From Eledone cirrhosa (Eukaryota), in NCBI GenBank assembly GCA_964016885.1, contig CAXHJY010000451.1, forward strand, positions 1 through 53,374: DNA of 53,374 nucleotides, read 5' to 3'. How positions within the stretch are numbered: the stretch's first letter is position 1; each line of letters starts with the position of its first letter. Of the stretch, positions 13,301-27,349 are shown piece by piece. Made by a program: the position numbers and the translations under genes. Below the pieces are notes generated by a model. The model saw only the letters and a program-made list of their open reading frames with translations, was not told where the DNA came from and searched no databases.

Positions 13301-15164
13301 ACCACATGAGTTTACAAAGCATGGTGGGTGACGCTCTACCGATTACTGCCAATCCACAGTGATAGGTCAGCTAGACCACATGAGTTTACAAAGCATGGTG
13401 GGTGACGCTCTACCGATTACTGCCAATCCACAGTGATAGGTCAGCTAGACCACATGAGTTTACAAAGCATGGTGGGTGACGCTCTACCGATTACTGCCAA
13501 TCCACAGTGATAGGTCAGCTAGACCACATGGGTTTACAAAGCATGGTGGGTGACGCTCTACCGATTACTGCCAATCCACAGTGATAGGTCAGCTAGACCA
13601 CATGGGTTTACAAAGCATGGTGTGTGACGCTCTACCGATTACTGCCAATCCACAGTGATAGGTCAGCTAGACCACATGGGTTTACAAAGCATGGTGGGTG
13701 ACGCTCTACCGATTACTGCCAATCCACAGTGATAGGTCAGCTAGACCACATGAGTTTACAAAGCATGGTGTGTGACGCTCTACCGATTACTGCCAATCCA
13801 CAGTGATAGGTCAGCTAGACCACATGGGTTTACAAAGCATGGTGGGTGACGCTCTACCGATTACTGCCAATCCACAGTGATAGGTCAGCTAGACGACATG
13901 GGTTTACAAAGCATGGTGTGTGACGCTCTACCGATTACTGCCAATCCACAGTGATAGGTCAGCTAGACCACATGGGTTTACAAAGCATGGTGGGTGACGC
14001 TCTACCGATTACTGCCAATCCACAGTGATAGGTCAGCTAGACCACATGGGTTTACAAAGCATGGTGGGTGACGCTCTACCGATTACTGCCAATCCACAGT
14101 GATAGGTCAGCTAGACCACATGGGTTTACAAAGCATGGTGGGTGACGCTCTACCGATTACTGCCAATCCACAGTGATAGGTCAGCTAGACCACATGAGTT
14201 TACAAAGCATGGTGGGTGACGCTCTACCGATTACTGCCAATCCACAGTGATAGGTCAGCTAGACCACATGAGTTTACAAAGCATGGTGTGTGACGCTCTA
14301 CCGATTACTGCCAATCCACAGTGATAGGTCAGCTAGACCACATGAGTTTACAAAGCATGGTGGGTGACGCTCTACCGATTACTGCCAATCCACAGTGATA
14401 GGTCAGCTAGACCACATGAGTTTACAAAGCATGGTGTGTGACGCTCTACCGATTACTGCCAATCCACAGTGATAGGTCAGCTAGACCACACGAGTTTACA
14501 AAGCATGGTGTGTGACGCTCTACCGATTACTGCCAATCCACAGTGATAGGTCAGCTAGACCACACGAGTTTACAAAGCATGGTGTGTGACGCTCTACCGA
14601 TTACTGCCAATCCACAGTGATAGGTCAGCTAGACCACATGAGTTTACAAAGCATGGTGTGTGACGCTCTACCGATTACTGCCAATCCACAGTGATAGGTC
14701 AGCTAGACCACACGAGTTTACAAAGCATGGTGTGTGACGCTCTACCGATTACTGCCAATCCACAGTGATAGGTCAGCTAGACCACACGAGTTTACAAAGC
14801 ATGGTGTGTGACGCTCTACCGATTACTGCCAATCCACAGTGATAGGTCAGTTAGACCACATGAGTTTACAAAGCATGGTGTGTGACGCTCTACCGATTAC
14901 TGCCAATCCACAGTGATAGGTCAGCTAGACCACATGAGTTTACAAAGCATGGTGTGTGACGCTCTACCGATTACTGCCAATCCACAGTGATAGGTCAGCT
15001 AGACCACATGAGTTTACAAAGCATGGTGTGTGACGCTCTACCGATTACTGCCAATCCACAGTGATAGGTCAGTTAGACCACATGAGTTTACAAAGCATGG
15101 TGTGTGACGCTCTACCGATTACTGCCAATCCACAGTGATAGGTCAGCTAGACGACATGGGTTTA
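10281..15164. repeat. Tandem satellite, 66 copies of a 74 bp unit derived from SINE 5' head plus flank
   Basis: Unit caaagcatggtgKgtgacgctctaccgattactgccaatccacagtgataggtcagctagaccacatgDgttta. First unit starts 10281, last 15091 (exactly 65 x 74 later). Confidence 0.97.
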
Positions 15165-15320
15165 CTTGGTCGAGATAGCAACACGTTTTAATTCTAACAC
15201 AAGAGACATAGTTATCAAGCTCATCTGTTATATACATGTCTAGAGATACTCTCATCTATTAAACCACCAGAGATACATAGAAACACACACACACACAGAC
15301 ACATACATACATACACAGCT

Positions 15321-15325
15321 ATGTA

Positions 15326-15397
<72 letters not shown>

Positions 15398-15417
15398 TGT
15401 ATATATTTATGTATGTA

Positions 15418-15451
<34 letters not shown>

Positions 15452-15453
15452 TG

Positions 15454-15493
<40 letters not shown>

Positions 15494-15499
15494 CATATG

Positions 15500-15564
<65 letters not shown>

Positions 15565-15573
15565 GTATATATG

Positions 15574-15654
<81 letters not shown>

Positions 15655-15727
15655 GTATGTATATATATATATGTATATGTATATATATATGTATGTATAT
15701 GTATATATATATATATGTATATGTATG

Positions 15728-15765
<38 letters not shown>

Positions 15766-15801
15766 TATGTATATATAGATATATATATATAGATATATAT
15801 G

Positions 15802-15868
<67 letters not shown>

Positions 15869-15887
15869 GTATATATAGATATATATG

Positions 15888-15918
<31 letters not shown>

Positions 15919-15981
15919 GTATATATAGATATATATGTATATATATATATATGTATATACATATATATATATGTATATATG

Positions 15982-16012
<31 letters not shown>

Positions 16013-16039
16013 GTATATATGTATATATATGTATATATG

Positions 16040-16070
<31 letters not shown>

Positions 16071-16097
16071 GTATATATGTATATATATGTATATATG

Positions 16098-16144
<47 letters not shown>

Positions 16145-16658
16145 GTATATATGTATATATATGTATATATATGTATATATAGATATATATGTATATATAG
16201 ATATATATGTATATATAGATATATATGTATATATAGATATATATGTATATATAGATATATATGTATATATATATGTATATGTATATATGTATATGTATAT
16301 ATATATATGTATATATGTATATATATATGTATATATGTATGTGTATATATATATGTATATATATATGCATGTATACACATGCATATATATGTACACACAT
16401 GCATATATATATATATGTATATGTCTATATATTTGTCTGTATATATATATGTATGTATATGTCTATATATGTCTGTATATATATGTATATATGTAGATAT
16501 ATATGTATGTATATATGTCTATATAGGTATATATATATATATATGTCTATATATATATATGTCTATATATGTATATGTATATATGTCTATATATGTATAT
16601 ATATATATGTATATAAATGTATATATATATATATACGTATATATATGAATATACATAT

Positions 16659-16695
<37 letters not shown>

Positions 16696-16742
16696 TACAC
16701 ACACACATACCCACATAGAAGGAGAGATAAATAGGTTGATAG

Positions 16743-16825
<83 letters not shown>
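15321..16825. repeat. Interrupted (AT)n array (G interruptions), then (CA)n at ~16745-16825
   Basis: Direct reading of the sequence. Confidence 0.95.
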
Positions 16826-16826
<1 letters not shown>

Positions 16827-17020
16827 CTTTTAGCAATCCGCCATGATTCTTATATATTTGTCTGTTTTTTTCCAGCTTCCAACATCCTTTCATATTTCTT
16901 TCTTCAGAAAGTTAAAAAGAAATTCATTTTTATCTGAAATTCTTTTTTTTTTTTTTTTTAGTTTTTGTTTCATCTGTCTATCTTTGTTTCTGTCTTCTTC
17001 ACATTCAGTGACTTTCAATA

Positions 17021-17750
17021 ACCACTACCACCACCACCACCACCATCACCACCACCACCACCACCACACCACCACCACACCACCACCACACCACCACCTC
17101 ACCACCACACCACCACCACCATCACCACCACTCCACGACCACCACACCACCACACCACCACCACACCACCACACCACCACACCACCAGTACTACCACCAG
17201 CACCACCACCACCACACCTACACTTAGACGGTCATCACCACCACCATCACAGCTATCACCAACGCACCACCACCAGCTCCATCATCATCGTCATCATCGC
17301 CACCACCAGCACCATCAACATAACGACGATCACCACCACTCCACCACCACCACGCCACTATCAACATCACGATGATTACCACCACTATCAACATCACGAT
17401 GATTACCACCACTACCCCTACAACACCCACCACACCACCACCACACCACCACCAAACCACCACCACGCCACCACCACACCACCACCACCACGAGGCCACC
17501 ACCACCACCACTACCCACCCCTTCACACGACAACAACACGACCACACAACACCACCACCACCACCACCACCATCCCACCACGACCTTAATCAACAACATC
17601 CACCCCACCAAACGACCCTCCTTCACTGCCATCCCACCACCACACACCATACCACACCACCACCACACACCACCACCACCACCACCACACACCACCACAC
17701 ACCATACCACACCACCACCACCACCACCACACACCACCTCCACCACCACC
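17021..17750. repeat. Degenerate (CAC)n low-complexity tract
   Basis: Produces the His/Thr/Pro-rich ORFs. Confidence 0.92.
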
Positions 17751-19373
17751 GTCCTATAATTATTCACCATTGAATAATTTTCTTATGTTTTCCTTCATTT
17801 GGTATACATTATTTTTTTCTTAATTTTCTTCCTCAAATTTTTTTGGCATCCATTTGTCTACTTTAAAGATTTCTTTTTCATTCTTATTTATGTTTCATTC
17901 TCCAATTTCTTTTTATTTCATTCATGTTTAATATATTGCTAATATTTCTCAGATTCGGGAAATTTTCATTCATCGACATCATTTGTTTGTTTTGCTTTCA
18001 TTTTTATATTCGTTCCTCTATATTTTATTTATAGTTACTTTTCTTATATTAGTATTGTTCGAGGTCGTCTTTCCATTTATTTTTTTATTCTTTTATTACA
18101 TATAATTTTCTATCTTGGTTCATCAAGGAAATTTCTAGAATAGTCGAGCAAAGGCGACTCGGCCATTGGAAAATCTTGGCAAATTTCAAACTAAAAAAAG
18201 AATAAAACGAAAGGAAAAAAATAAAACATGGAAAAGAAATCAAATATCGTATGTCTAGGTCATATGCGGTCTTTAGTCAGTCAATCAACTAATTTTCCCT
18301 GCTGCTTTTTCCATGATCCACCGACGAAATTTCTAGAATTCGTGAAATTGTAAAAGCATCTATCAACAATATTGGTAGGTTTCAAACTAACCGAAAAAAG
18401 AGATTTGTGTATCTAGAACAGTCACGAGTAATCTGCGGCCATCGTGTCGTATGCGTTTCGCGATGCTTTCTGAATGGAGCATAATTTAGCGAAGATTCTA
18501 GGGTTTGAGATAAACTTTTTAAAGCAAATAGCCGTGTATCGTAGAATTAGGAGTGCTCAGTGATCAAAGAGAGTACGTTCACGAGGAAAACAAAAGCCGT
18601 GAAGGTGTAACTCGAGATAAGCTGTACAACTGAGTAGTCATGTGGTGGCTAGCAAGTGAAATGTATAACTGTTCTATAGTGACTATCATTAACAGGTGGT
18701 CAGACTTTATATATATATCAGGTGCATTTTCAACCTTTTTCTTTCTACCAAATTCCTTATATCAAGTGATCTGTGTAGAACGTTATCTAACGTTCATACT
18801 TTGTTACACACTATGTATATATATTCTCTCTCTCGTCTACGATTTCACAGAACTTATGTTCACCGAATTCACAGACTAGATTCCTTCTTCCTCCCGTTAG
18901 ATCTGTACGGAATTCCTTCCTTGCTCACATTCCAACCAGGTTTGATGGTCTTTATTCTCTCTCGTTCACGATTTCACCGAATTTATATTCATGGAAATTT
19001 GGGACTTGACTTTTTCTTCCTCATTTTTCGTTGCTTCACCATCTTTGTTTGTTTACACTCTCGTGTCCCAACGACTTTTTTTAGCCGTTGCTCGCACCAA
19101 CCGGAGGTATATGGTCTTTAAAGCGATGAAATACCAATGATGGTTGGAAGATCACTGATGAAGGACTAACTTTATTCATATATATATATATATATCGAAC
19201 TCTCTATCGATACTGCCAAATCAATCCGCCTTGATCCGGACTATAAAGTAATTAAATAATTTTACGTTAAGTAATAAATAGCTTCGGGGGTAATTTTGTA
19301 GAGAAACAAGCTTCTTCGGATGATAATTGTCTTTGTGTCATTGGCAGATTGCCTCTCTCTACAGAAATTATCG

Positions 19374-20075
19374 ACCAGCACCAGCACCAGCACCACCACC
19401 ACCATTACCACTACCACCACCACCAACACCACCACCAGCACCACTACCACCACCAACAACAGCAATAGCAACAGCAACACCACTAGTGCCATCTTTAGAA
19501 CCATCACTGACACGTACCAGGCCACTACCAACGCCAATAAAGGAAGACCCTACCACCGCCATCACCGCTAATACCACGATTGCCATCACCACAACCACCA
19601 TCATCACCACCAAACCACTACTACCAGCGGCAACACCACCACTACGCTTACCACCACCACTCTTACCACCACCTCTACCACCACCAGCATCATCACTACA
19701 ACCACCACCACCAACACCACCATCATCACCTCTACAGCCACCACAACTAACACCGCCAACACAACCACCACCACCATCATCACCAAAACAACTACTGCCC
19801 CCACAACCACCACCACCATTATCACCAAGACCACCACAACCACCACCACCATCATCACCAAAACAACTAGTGCCCCCACAAACACCACCACCCCTACCAC
19901 CACCACCACCACAACCACCACCACCATTATCACCAAGACCACTACAACCACCTCCAACGCCATCATCAACACCACCACCGCCATCATTACAACCATCACT
20001 GACACCCACCACCACCACCCTACCACAACCACCACCCCTACCGCCACCATTATCACCAAGAACACTACAACCACC
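19374..20075. repeat. Degenerate (CAC/ACC)n tract with internal 30-80 bp duplications
   Basis: Recurring caccaccattatcaccaagacc and tcaccaaaacaacta motifs. Confidence 0.9.
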
Positions 20076-20179
20076 TTATACTCCCAGAGCCGTCCATTGT
20101 GCCGAGAGGAAGTTTTAAAATGTTAGGCAATATATATTTGTATAAAAACACACACACAAACATATCTATCACTCTGCTT

Positions 20180-20340
20180 GGGAAAGAAGAGTGAAATATA
20201 TGTAAATTTATCGCTGGTCGAAAGGGAGGTAACCACAGTAAGTAAGGTACTCAATACATTGCAGAGTATAAATATTTGATATGGGAAATGGCTTCTACGG
20301 GAGTAGAACTGTTTCATTCGGGCTCCCTGATGATTTCCCC

Positions 20341-20342
<2 letters not shown>
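20180..20342 (-). mobile_element. Short PLE-like insert with tail hairpin and split HHR core
   Basis: Minus: cgaatGAAAcagttcTA ... tactc-tgcaatgtatt-gagtacc. CTGATGA lies on the opposite (+) strand at 20327-20333. Confidence 0.45.
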
Positions 20343-21505
<1,163 letters not shown>

Positions 21506-21806
21506 AGCAAGAATGATCAATTATGTGTCCACGGGGTACGAAATGCATATTTTCAAGATGTCATTCGTTTTAAATTTTGTTTTACGTTACATGGTTTGTT
21601 TTTTTACTTTGTTCCACAATTTCGTTTAAAATATATTGCAACTAATAATAATAGTAATAATATTGATAATAATAATAATACAGGAATCAATTGTATATAT
21701 TTGAGTATCCGTTTATGTGTTATTGTGTGTGTGTGTGTGTATATATATATATGGATATGTGTATATATGTATATATATATATATATATGTATAAATATAT
21801 ACATAC

Positions 21807-21858
<52 letters not shown>

Positions 21859-22052
21859 ATATATGTGTGTGTATATATATATATGTGTGTGTATATATAT
21901 ATATATGTATATATATGTACATATATACATGAATATATATATTTATATAAATGTATATATATATATATATATATATGATTGTATATATATGTATATTTAT
22001 GAGTGTGTTTATGTTTAATTTGAAAAATGTATATAATGTCTTAACTTAAATG

Positions 22053-22222
<170 letters not shown>

Positions 22223-22285
22223 GTATATATATGTATATATATATATATATGTATATATATGTATATATATATATATATGTATATG

Positions 22286-22317
<32 letters not shown>

Positions 22318-22432
22318 TATACATATATACGAGTGTGTGTTTATTCCTCGTATGTGTGAAAGAAATATAATTTTTCCGTGTGTAAGTTTGTTTTCGTATG
22401 ATCTGATATTTGCTGACAGGCGAATATTAACA

Positions 22433-22472
<40 letters not shown>

Positions 22473-22652
22473 TCCTTTGTGTATATATATAACACTCTAC
22501 GTATATTTATATACATATTGAAACATATATATATGAGTTTTGTGTGTCTATAATATATATTTATATATACATACGTATGTATACATATGCATACATATAT
22601 ATGTATATGATATGTATACATATGCATACATATATATATGTATATATCCATG

Positions 22653-22684
<32 letters not shown>

Positions 22685-23046
22685 TATATATATACATATA
22701 TAAATATATATACATATATATATACACACACACACACGCACACACACACACATGTATAAATACATATCTATATATATATGAGTTAATAACTCTATATTTT
22801 ATTTGTATATACATATATATATATAAATATACATATATATACACACACACACACATATATGTATATATATTTATGTGTAAACGACTAAAGTAAGTACATG
22901 TAGTAATATCTATAAAGAAAACCCGCCTCATTCCCGTCTCCTCACATATCCGCCATTTTACAACCATTTTACGATTTTACTGGTGTTAGTCTAATATATA
23001 TTTAAATTGCAGCTCAACTTGAACAACTGGCCCTCCAGTGATTTTT

Positions 23047-23142
23047 TCTCTCTCTCTATCTCTCCCTCTATCTCTCTATCTCTATCTCTCTATCTCTCTC
23101 TCTATCTCTCTATCTCTCTCTCTATCTCTCTTTCTATCTCTC

Positions 23143-23186
<44 letters not shown>

Positions 23187-23712
23187 TCTCTTTCTCTCCC
23201 TCTCTCTCTCTCTTTCTCTCCCTCTCTCTCTTTCTCTCCTCTCCATCCCTCACGCTCCCTCTCTCTCCCCCTCTCTTTCTCTCCCTCTCTCTCCCTCTCT
23301 CTTTCCCTGCCTCTCTCTCTCCCTCTCTCTCTCTTTCTCTCTCGCTCTTTCTCTCCCTCTTTCTCTCCCTCTTTCTCTCCCTCTCTTTCTCTCCCTCTCT
23401 TTCTCTCCCTCTCTTTCTCTCCCTCTCTTTCTCTCTCTCTCTATATATATATATATTTAAATGTATGTGTGATTGGTTTGTGTGTCTCTATCACTTTATC
23501 AATTTATATCTATCTATTAAACAATCTGTCTGTCTTTCTCTCCTTCCCTCTCCCTTTCCCTCCTTCCCTTTCCCTCCTTCCCTCTCCCTCCTTCCCTTTC
23601 CCTCCTTCCCTCTCCCTCCTTCCCGCTCCCTCCTTCCCTTTCCCTTTCCCTCCTTCCATCTCCCTTCCCTCTTCCCCCTTTCTCCCTCTCTCCCTCTCTC
23701 TCTCTCTCTTCT
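23047..23712. repeat. Polypyrimidine (CT)n/(CCTT)n tracts
   Basis: Direct reading of the sequence. Confidence 0.9.
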
Positions 23713-23899
23713 CACCGCCATCCCAAATCTGCCACTGGAAAAGAATTTATCTGCAAATAGATGTGGAAAAGAAAATCTGGTTCCATCAAAAAGACAGTTA
23801 ACGAGGTGTGATTTTAAATGGAGTTATATTGGCCAGGTCATGTGATCTTCGTATATACTGTTGCCACAACTGTGTCCATGGTATTGCCGCCATTGGCAC

Positions 23900-24868
23900 A
23901 GTCACAACTACTACTGTTACTACTACCGATACTAGCACCATCACCAACACCATGTGTCACCGTGACTACCACCGATACCTACGCCCAACATCTCCGCCAT
24001 TCCACGATCACTAAACACTACCACTACTACCACCACTACCACCATCGCCACCACCACTCCACCGTCACTAACATTACCACTACTACCACAACCATGACCA
24101 CTACTACCACAACCATCACTACTACCACCACTCACCACCACCACTGCCACCGTCACTACATTCCCACCTACTACCACAACCATCGACCACTCCTACCACA
24201 ACCATCACTACCCTACCACCATCGCCCACCCACCACTCCACCGTCCACTAACATTACCACTACTCCCACAACCCTGACCACTACTACCACAACCATCACT
24301 ACTACCACCATCGCCACACCACTCCCACGATCACCTAACACCTACCACCTTCCAGGGTCCCAACGGCCACCCTCTCTCGGTCCGGCATGCCTTCCGCTGC
24401 ACCTCCTCCAACCTAGTCTACGGACTTCGTTGCACGAGGTGCAGCGCGACTTATGTCGGACAGACGGGACGCCGCCTGGCGGACCGAGTCACGGAGCACC
24501 TCCGGGACATTCGTCTCGGGGGCAGTTCCCCCATCGCCCGCCACTTTGGTGGCCCTGGACACTCCGCACACCATCTCACAGTCTGTGGCCTACTCCAGTG
24601 CCACGGAACACCCGCCCATCGCCTCACGGTCGAACAACGCCATCACCACCACCACTCCACCATCACTAACATTACCGCTACTACCACCACTACTACCACC
24701 ATCACCACCACCACTCCACCATCACTAGCATTACCGCTACTACTACCACCACCACTCAACCATCACTACTACCACCAACATCACCTACAGCCGCTGCCAC
24801 CACCCAAAAACCCCAACGTTACCATCATCACCACCATCTCCACCAACAATATCGCCAACAACAACATA
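23900..24868. repeat. Degenerate (CAC/CTA)n tract hosting the GIY-YIG fragment
   Basis: Direct reading of the sequence. Confidence 0.85.
24347..24640 (+). pseudogene. Penelope-like element GIY-YIG endonuclease domain fragment (Neptune-type), 98 codons, no start codon
   Basis: My translation of the frame missing from the ORF track: [98 protein letters not shown]. It has LVY..YVG, CxxC...H...H, and conserved Arg and Glu. Confidence 0.9.
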
Positions 24869-24881
24869 GTGATACATAGTG

Positions 24882-24968
<87 letters not shown>

Positions 24969-25017
24969 CATATATATATACATATATATATACATATATA
25001 TATACATATATATATAC

Positions 25018-25054
<37 letters not shown>

Positions 25055-25110
25055 ATTAATTAACTCAAACATGTAAAATTTGGCTTCGTTTTACTATAAA
25101 TTATAGATAT

Positions 25111-25165
25111 ACTTCTATATATATTTCGGTGACGGCCATCATTGGCTGTGACCTCTTCAGGCAGT
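25111..25165 (-). ncRNA. Type I hammerhead ribozyme (family D, left arm)
   Basis: Mirror image of 25176-25230. Confidence 0.7.
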
Positions 25166-25175
25166 CTGAATTCAG

Positions 25176-25230
25176 ACTGCCTGAAGAGGTCACAGCCAAT
25201 GATGGCCGTCACCGAAATATATATAGAAGT
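25176..25230 (+). ncRNA. Type I hammerhead ribozyme (family D, right arm)
   Basis: actgc-CTGAAGA-ggtcacagcca atga tggccgtcacc-GAAA-tatata-TA-gaagt. Stem I pairs 4 of 5. Confidence 0.7.
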
Positions 25231-25361
25231 ATATCTATAATTTATAGTAAAACGAAGCCAAATTTTACATGTTTGAGTTAATTATTTTATATTACTCAGG
25301 AGTAAACAAACCAACCTTACGTACTGAGGTGTCAGTTATCAACCAACATATACTTAAAATT

Positions 25362-25474
25362 TATATATATATGTATAAACATATATATATATATGTATAT
25401 ATATATAAATATGTATATATATATGTATGTATATATATATATATACATATATATATATACATATATATATATAC

Positions 25475-25521
<47 letters not shown>

Positions 25522-25642
25522 CATATATATATACATATATATATACATATATATATACACATATATATACATATATATATACATATATGTATACATATAT
25601 ATATATACATATATATACATATATATATACATATATATATAC

Positions 25643-25677
<35 letters not shown>

Positions 25678-25715
25678 CATATATATACATATATATATAT
25701 ATATATACATGTATA

Positions 25716-25773
<58 letters not shown>

Positions 25774-25778
25774 CATAC

Positions 25779-25815
<37 letters not shown>

Positions 25816-25826
25816 CATATATATAC

Positions 25827-25858
<32 letters not shown>

Positions 25859-25922
25859 TGTTATACTTCGACACACGATTTCATATAAAAAACCTCGCTA
25901 AACTAATTCATCGCCGCATATA

Positions 25923-25976
<54 letters not shown>

Positions 25977-26039
25977 CATACATATATATATACATACATA
26001 TATATATATATATATACATACATATATATATATATATAT

Positions 26040-26128
<89 letters not shown>

Positions 26129-26147
26129 CATATATATATATATATAT

Positions 26148-26186
<39 letters not shown>

Positions 26187-26323
26187 CATATATATATATA
26201 TATATATACATACATATATATATATATACATACATATATATATATATATATATACATACATATATATATATATACTTACATATATATATATATATATACA
26301 TACATATATATATATATACATAC

Positions 26324-26354
<31 letters not shown>

Positions 26355-26465
26355 CATACATATATATATATATATATACATACATATATATATATATATA
26401 TACATACATATATATATATATATATACATACATATATATATATATATACATACATATATATATAT

Positions 26466-26496
<31 letters not shown>

Positions 26497-26533
26497 CATA
26501 CATATATATATATATACATACATATATATATAT

Positions 26534-26564
<31 letters not shown>

Positions 26565-26623
26565 CATACATATATATATATATACATACATATATATATA
26601 TACATACATATATATATATATAT

Positions 26624-26654
<31 letters not shown>

Positions 26655-26656
26655 CA

Positions 26657-26688
<32 letters not shown>

Positions 26689-26703
26689 CATACATATATA
26701 TAT

Positions 26704-26758
<55 letters not shown>

Positions 26759-26813
26759 TGTATATATATATATATATATATATACATATATGTATATATA
26801 TATATATATATAT

Positions 26814-26856
<43 letters not shown>

Positions 26857-26869
26857 CATATATATATAC

Positions 26870-26918
<49 letters not shown>

Positions 26919-26931
26919 CATATATATATAC

Positions 26932-26998
<67 letters not shown>

Positions 26999-27017
26999 AA
27001 CATATATATATATAAAC

Positions 27018-27080
<63 letters not shown>

Positions 27081-27082
27081 CA

Positions 27083-27122
<40 letters not shown>

Positions 27123-27156
27123 CATATATGTATTATATATATATATATATATATAT

Positions 27157-27187
<31 letters not shown>

Positions 27188-27243
27188 CATACATACATGT
27201 ATATATATATATATATACATACATATATGTATATATATATATT
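25362..27243. repeat. Interrupted (AT)n array with C / CATAC interruptions
   Basis: Direct reading of the sequence. Confidence 0.95.
25858..25918 (+). mobile_element. Family E miniature: 11 bp inverted arm plus tail
   Basis: ttgttatactt is the reverse complement of the arm end aagtataacaa (7792-7802), joined to cgacacacgatttcatat...aattcatcgccg matching 643-691. Confidence 0.7.
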
Positions 27244-27349
27244 ATAGATAACGACGAATCAGTGATGCATCAAAACACAATTTATTAACACATTACATAT
27301 GGGGGCGATTTCATCAGATGAATTTACGTTTAAGTGATATACTGTAGAC

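Larger units (their letters stand above)
25057..25361 (+). mobile_element. Fold-back PLE-like element, family D (228 bp perfect palindrome plus tail)
   Basis: 25057-25170 is the reverse complement of 25171-25284 (centre tctgaa|ttcaga). Tail begins ttttatattactcagg. (AT)n flanks. Confidence 0.85.

Noticed and set aside
10281-15164. CRISPR array interpretation of the 74 bp (and 55 bp) repeats
   Set aside because: Units are identical along their whole length with no unique spacers, there are no cas genes, and the context is eukaryotic.
18100-19150. Host exon in the non-repetitive stretch (ORFs 18640-18879 and 18696-19121)
   Set aside because: No recognisable protein motif or convincing splice context.
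19150-19180. CTGATGA at 19155-19161 as a hammerhead
   Set aside because: Truncated by (AT)n before any GAAA; at most a remnant.
16843-20118. His/Pro/Thr-rich extensin- or mucin-like ORFs
   Set aside because: Degenerate (CAC)n microsatellite open in multiple frames on both strands.
23818-24728. ORF-track proteins 23818-24669 and 24453-24728
   Set aside because: Wrong frames; the real signal is the GIY-YIG domain in the third + frame.
25057-25284. Palindromes as assembly or chimeric-read artefacts
   Set aside because: Other palindromes have diverged arms and loops, and all share the same biological boundary before the tail. The perfect one alone still merits a read check.
27245-27325. Minus-strand CTGATGA at 27311-27317
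   Set aside because: No downstream GAAA or stem II.
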